Below are positions 59,218 to 64,000 of a stretch of 64,000 bases of DNA, one piece after another. The notes below the pieces were generated by a model. That model saw nothing but the letters and a program-made list of their open reading frames with translations, did no database searches and had not been told where the DNA came from. Numbering within the stretch: the first letter of the stretch is position 1; each line of letters starts with the position of its first letter. Origin of the DNA: a virus (Duplodnaviria > Heunggongvirae > Uroviricota > Caudoviricetes); the IMG/VR virus record IMGVR_UViG_3300021431_000002. One strand, written 5' to 3'. Position numbers and translations under genes: made by a program.

Positions 59218-62200
59218 TTACTGCTGATAAGATAAATCATCATAACTACCCATAACATTATCATGACCTCTAGCGTCGAAATTGACTTGTTTAATGTTTG
59301 GTGTAAATTTATCCAATGCCCTTATGTATAGAACACTTTTTGGCTTCATGTTAATGTTATCCCATTGTATGCAAATACAATAATTATATCCGATTAATTG
59401 TGACAATATTTTATCATAATAACATTTATACAATTTTCCGTTTTCTCTTGACTGCATTAATTTACCATAATTAGAAAGGAAATCTTTTAATGCTTTTCTT
59501 TCCGCATCCCAACGCTTTTTATACGGATTATGCTCACTGTTGCCATCACCAACCCATTCTTCGTTTATAAAATTCTCTTTAAGTAATGTAAGATATTTTT
59601 TTATAGATTCATTTCTATAGATTGGGTATGGTATTGCTTTGCTTTTTCCTAATTCTTTATTATAAACCCATTGTTTTGGTATGTATCCATTTTTACCAGT
59701 CATTATCTGTTTCCTATATTGCGGTAGATTTTCTGTTGCCCAAAGAGCAATCTCGCTAGGTCTACCACATCTTACAAGAACTTGACCATTTTGTCCATAA
59801 ACAACCCAATCGCCATTATCTTGATGAATTGGAATAAAGCTTTTTACATTAGGTCCCCAGAATATTACTTGATTCTGATTGTCACCATAATGGTATATTT
59901 CTACACCGCTTGTCCTAAAAATAACTGCTTCATCACCATATCCGTTATAATCTACATTTCTATCATCAATTAAAAATGCAAAATCATAGCCAGCACTTGA
60001 TTTTTGTACTCCAGCATTTGTATAAGCAAGATGTTCAATTTCTGGTGTTCCTCCAGTAAATCCTTCTTTTGCAATTGATTCTGAATCAGAACCAAAATGG
60101 ATACACCATTCATTTTTTACTATTCTATTAAAATTCATAGTACACCACGAAGGTAATTCATAATAATTCACAATATCTTGCATTATGCTTATAAAATGGT
60201 CACATAGTTTGTTTTCTTCAAGCATATTTAAAAACATTTCAACCAATGATTCATCTTCATAATAAAACTCACCATCATTTAACAAATTTTCAAATTCCGA
60301 ATACCTAAAATAAATTTTTTTAATATATTCGTCTATATAACAAGAACAAGAATATGCTAAATCTCTTGCTTTTTCGCAAGAAGATGCCGTAGATGCCCAT
60401 TTGAAATATTTGTACAATGGCAAATTGTAATCTTTCTCTAAATATTCTTTTATAATTTCTTTATCATTGAATTTAGACTCTTCTATCGCATATATTGAAT
60501 CATCTGTAACTTTTTTTATTTTGAAAACTGCTCCTCCGTAATAAAACCCTTTACCAACTTTTGGTTTACGTTTCCAATTCATATCAGAAAATGTATCATC
60601 TTTTTTACCGTCAATATATACAGTATATTTTTTCTTTTTGCTTTTGGATTCCGTGATTGAATTTGACTTATCATATACCTTTGATTCTGTAACGTTTCCT
60701 ACTAGGTTAATTGTTTCACCATCAAAATATCTTATAATGTCATTCACTACCCTTCTTGAATTGGCTTCATCCCATTCAGCATATTCATATGAATTATCGC
60801 CATCACCAATTTCTACAGTTACATTACCCTTGCTATATTGTATTAACCTTAACATTGGGTTAACTTGCTCCCTAGTAGGCTTCTTAAATAGATTTATAGA
60901 ACTCCAAGTGTTTGAACAATGGATTCTTATTGCGCCCATTCTAATGAAGTCTGCCATATTGATGTTTAAACCGCTTTTAGTGGTCATATCGGCATCCCAA
61001 TTAAGGTCTCCAATGTCTCTGTGGTCAACACCCCTTCTACCTCTAAGGTGAGAGGTATCAGTATTTCCAGTTACCATGTGTCTTCCACTAAAATCAAGCA
61101 TGCTACCATCTGGAAGTATATAACCACATTCTCTTATATCATTGGTGACACCGAATCTCTCTTTAGCCAACGCAAACACATCAACATTGTTATTACTCTC
61201 TACTGATTCAACTATTGAGTTATTTCTGTCATATACGACTGAGAATAATCTGAATAACTTATCAAGATATTGTGTCCTACGTAGAATCTTATAGACGATA
61301 TTTCCAGCTCCACTCTCACCATTGCTCTCAAGACTTGCCTTGCGCATCGCCTTAACCTTCTTCCAAAGGTACTGAGCATCATCACCGATTGTCTCAATCT
61401 TATGTGAATCGTCTGTAGCATTAAGAGCATTATACATATCGTCAATAATGGTCATAATTTTGGCTGCTTTGTCTTTTATGGAAAATTTATTAAGACCAAT
61501 TGATTTAATGTCATCTGGATTTGGTTCTTTTATCCAATCATTTTCCTCAAGGTCGTAAATACCATTTGATTCTGGCATTTCTCCTAAATTCTGAACATAT
61601 AATTCCACTTGGTATCCCATTATTTGCAAGCCACTGTGCTCACTATTCCATTCATTTTTCTTTGCATCTAAATAATCACGGACAAACTCTGTCTTCTCAT
61701 CAATCTCATCAAAATCTACGATAAGATGTAGGTCAATGTCAGAATACTGAGACCAATTGAAATTACAGATTGAACCAGTTAATATTATGCCGCTAGGCTC
61801 AACCCAAGTCAAGTTTACATATTTCCAAAAATCGTCTGCAATGTCTAATAGCTTAAGCCTAATTCTTGAATCTAGTTTACCATCTGGTTTCCATATATTT
61901 GGAACTAATTCATGTTTTTTCTTGAATGAAGACAAATCTATTTCAGAACTATCTACCTCAAAATCAAAATTTTCAACTATATGTTTCTCATTATTATTTG
62001 CTTCATACTGCACGTTTCCCATTGGTTTTATTCCATCCTCATAATATCTCATTATATCCGCAACAACAGCTTGGGGTTTAGCATCGGAATATGAAACTGA
62101 ATGCAAGGTATTTCCTTTGTCATCGGTAAAATCTATGTCAACGTCAACAGCCTTTCTGACAAAATCCTTTATTGCGTAGAATTGTTCATTTGTAGGCTCT

Positions 62201-64000
62201 TTCGTCATATCAAGTATTCCGCTATTGACATCACATCTAATTGCTCCATGATTCATAAAATCAACAACGTAGTTATAGCGATACTCGTCATTCCATATTT
62301 TTATCCCATTCTGTTTATAAACAGCTGCTATTTGCCTATGGTCTGTTTCTCTATAGCCATCACTTCCCAAATTCAACAATTTACCATCTGGAAGAATATA
62401 TCCAGCTTGGCTTAATCTGCTAGTTAAGCCAAACTCTTCGATAGCCAAAGAAATAATATCATAATTTTCTTTTGGTTGTTCTAAACCTTTTTCTCTTTCT
62501 TCTTTGTTATCTTCGTCAGTCCAAAGTTTAGTAATTTTATGGAGTTTATCATTTAATGCTGTATATATCTTAATATCTTTTGGGTCTACACTTATTTCTG
62601 GGTGTGTCTTTTCCATCCAAGAGCTTCTATACCAGCCATCAAGTCCATATTTTTCTTTTCCTTGTTTCAAAAAATATTGTAGGTCGTAATTTGCCTTATT
62701 AAACAAATCGTCATATTTATTTTCTATTATTTGCGTTTTATTTTTTTTGCTTTCGTAGAAACGATTTCCTTGAGGTTTTATCCCCTCATCAAAATATGCT
62801 AATATATCGTTTATAATTCTATTAGGGTTTGCATTTTTGTATTCTGCGCCACATATCATCTCTGCATAAAATCTCCCCTCTTTATATGAGGCAATGTCCA
62901 AAAATAGGCTTCCATTAAATTCTATGATATGTTTTTTCAATGGTTTTATTTGCTCTTTCGTCGGTTTTTTAATTAATTCTATTCCTCCAAGGTTGCCAAT
63001 TCTTATATTCCCTAAATTCAAGAATTTACCAACAGTCATGCCGTTTATTTTAGATATTTCATTATGGTCTCTAAAAGTTATAACCTCACCATTTGTTAAA
63101 ATATATGAACTATTCCCTTTGGTTTGTATTTTTTTGGCAATTGCATTAATATCCATAACTGCGCCAATTTCAGATGAATCGAAACTAACAGATTCATTGA
63201 TGCTTAAACCATCTAATAGATTTTTATTTCTTGACTCATAATATTCATTTCCTTGTGGCTTTATGCCTTCTGAATAAAACCTGTCAATTTCTCCCATAAC
63301 ATATCTCCAATCTGGGTGCATATATTTTGCTCCAATGCTACTTTTTCCTTGGTATATATCCAAATATAATTCCTCATCTGCATAAGAAGCAATTACTCTT
63401 CTTAGCACGTCTCTTTGTTCGCTTGTTGGTTTGTCACCAATATCAATTGACTTGGGCAATACCCTAATATTACCCATTCTTATAAAATCAAATTTATTGT
63501 TTATGTTTGGTATCCTACATATTTCATTATGTTCTGTTTCCGTGTATACCACAACACCATTTGTCAAGATAAAGCCTCTACAATCCTTGAAGTAGTCGCC
63601 ATGCCTTAGTAGTTTCATAGCCATATTGTTGATGCTATCTTTGTTACTCACATCCACGTCATCGCCAGAATATAAATTAACAGTTTCAAATGTACCACTG
63701 CCATCATTCATGCAAGTTTTTAAAATCTCGTTTTGCATTTTACTACCAAACATATCTTCTAATTCATTATAATCCACGTAGTCACTACCGCATGTATGAT
63801 AGGTCTCATTATCGAGATATTCTAGTTCAAACGTAACATTATCATTAATATATTCCATCAATGATTCTTGCGTGTTCTCATATTCAGCCTCTTGTAGCCA
63901 TTCTTGATATTCATCTTCGTCAAAATCCCAAGAATAATTGACCGCACCAATTTCAGACGAATCGAAACTAGCAGATTCATTGATATGATAACCGTTACCA
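59218..64000 (-). CDS. Giant multidomain (polyvalent-like) protein, 5' end outside the window; contains a Pol-beta-type nucleotidyltransferase
   Basis: Frame stays open to the window edge (GNGYHINESASFDSSEIGAV...); LTGS...SDIDLHL...VELYV; four YIL(P/T)(D/N)G repeats. Confidence 0.8.
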   Translation of the reverse strand, partial: GNGYHINESASFDSSEIGAVNYSWDFDEDEYQEWLQEAEYENTQESLMEYINDNVTFELEYLDNETYHTCGSDYVDYNELEDMFGSKMQNEILKTCMNDGSGTFETVNLYSGDDVDVSNKDSINNMAMKLLRHGDYFKDCRGFILTNGVVVYTETEHNEICRIPNINNKFDFIRMGNIRVLPKSIDIGDKPTSEQRDVLRRVIASYADEELYLDIYQGKSSIGAKYMHPDWRYVMGEIDRFYSEGIKPQGNEYYESRNKNLLDGLSINESVSFDSSEIGAVMDINAIAKKIQTKGNSSYILTNGEVITFRDHNEISKINGMTVGKFLNLGNIRIGNLGGIELIKKPTKEQIKPLKKHIIEFNGSLFLDIASYKEGRFYAEMICGAEYKNANPNRIINDILAYFDEGIKPQGNRFYESKKNKTQIIENKYDDLFNKANYDLQYFLKQGKEKYGLDGWYRSSWMEKTHPEISVDPKDIKIYTALNDKLHKITKLWTDEDNKEEREKGLEQPKENYDIISLAIEEFGLTSRLSQAGYILPDGKLLNLGSDGYRETDHRQIAAVYKQNGIKIWNDEYRYNYVVDFMNHGAIRCDVNSGILDMTKEPTNEQFYAIKDFVRKAVDVDIDFTDDKGNTLHSVSYSDAKPQAVVADIMRYYEDGIKPMGNVQYEANNNEKHIVENFDFEVDSSEIDLSSFKKKHELVPNIWKPDGKLDSRIRLKLLDIADDFWKYVNLTWVEPSGIILTGSICNFNWSQYSDIDLHLIVDFDEIDEKTEFVRDYLDAKKNEWNSEHSGLQIMGYQVELYVQNLGEMPESNGIYDLEENDWIKEPNPDDIKSIGLNKFSIKDKAAKIMTIIDDMYNALNATDDSHKIETIGDDAQYLWKKVKAMRKASLESNGESGAGNIVYKILRRTQYLDKLFRLFSVVYDRNNSIVESVESNNNVDVFALAKERFGVTNDIRECGYILPDGSMLDFSGRHMVTGNTDTSHLRGRRGVDHRDIGDLNWDADMTTKSGLNINMADFIRMGAIRIHCSNTWSSINLFKKPTREQVNPMLRLIQYSKGNVTVEIGDGDNSYEYAEWDEANSRRVVNDIIRYFDGETINLVGNVTESKVYDKSNSITESKSKKKKYTVYIDGKKDDTFSDMNWKRKPKVGKGFYYGGAVFKIKKVTDDSIYAIEESKFNDKEIIKEYLEKDYNLPLYKYFKWASTASSCEKARDLAYSCSCYIDEYIKKIYFRYSEFENLLNDGEFYYEDESLVEMFLNMLEENKLCDHFISIMQDIVNYYELPSWCTMNFNRIVKNEWCIHFGSDSESIAKEGFTGGTPEIEHLAYTNAGVQKSSAGYDFAFLIDDRNVDYNGYGDEAVIFRTSGVEIYHYGDNQNQVIFWGPNVKSFIPIHQDNGDWVVYGQNGQVLVRCGRPSEIALWATENLPQYRKQIMTGKNGYIPKQWVYNKELGKSKAIPYPIYRNESIKKYLTLLKENFINEEWVGDGNSEHNPYKKRWDAERKALKDFLSNYGKLMQSRENGKLYKCYYDKILSQLIGYNYCICIQWDNINMKPKSVLYIRALDKFTPNIKQVNFDARGHDNVMGSYDDLSYQQ

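Noticed and set aside
1-64000. Stop-codon recoding, as in Lak or some crAss-like phages
   Set aside because: Core genes are full length in the standard code, and TAG/TGA end genes at sensible boundaries (e.g. 600, 13622, 24764)

Overview
AT-rich 64-kb segment of a large T4-like (contractile-tailed) phage genome in the standard genetic code. The host is probably a Bacteroidota species: seven TTTG-N19/20-TAnnTTTG promoters are present. The window holds the morphogenesis region: tail tube, tail sheath, gp5-like spike, neck proteins, major capsid protein (MCP), scaffold, prohead protease, portal and terminase. It also holds a gp55-like late sigma factor, an SNF2 helicase, nucleotide-metabolism genes, four glycosyltransferase genes and four Zn-ribbon-repeat endonucleases plus a remnant of a fifth. 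Most notable: (1) a probable virion cargo system, made of small late proteins sharing an N-terminal IRLTESDLHRIV.ESV..IL.E leader, a similarly tagged kinase-like protein, a GNAT fusion and a >1590-aa polyprotein (four repeats, a nucleotidyltransferase, a possible ART) whose domains are separated by putative prohead-protease xxE sites; (2) a mini-paralog of the MCP that could be a decoy; (3) a likely -1 frameshift in a prohead gene and a G9 tract that splits another gene; (4) a putative late promoter, TATTTATA, which is the reverse complement of the T4 late promoter. All calls are from motif recognition by eye; no searches were run.
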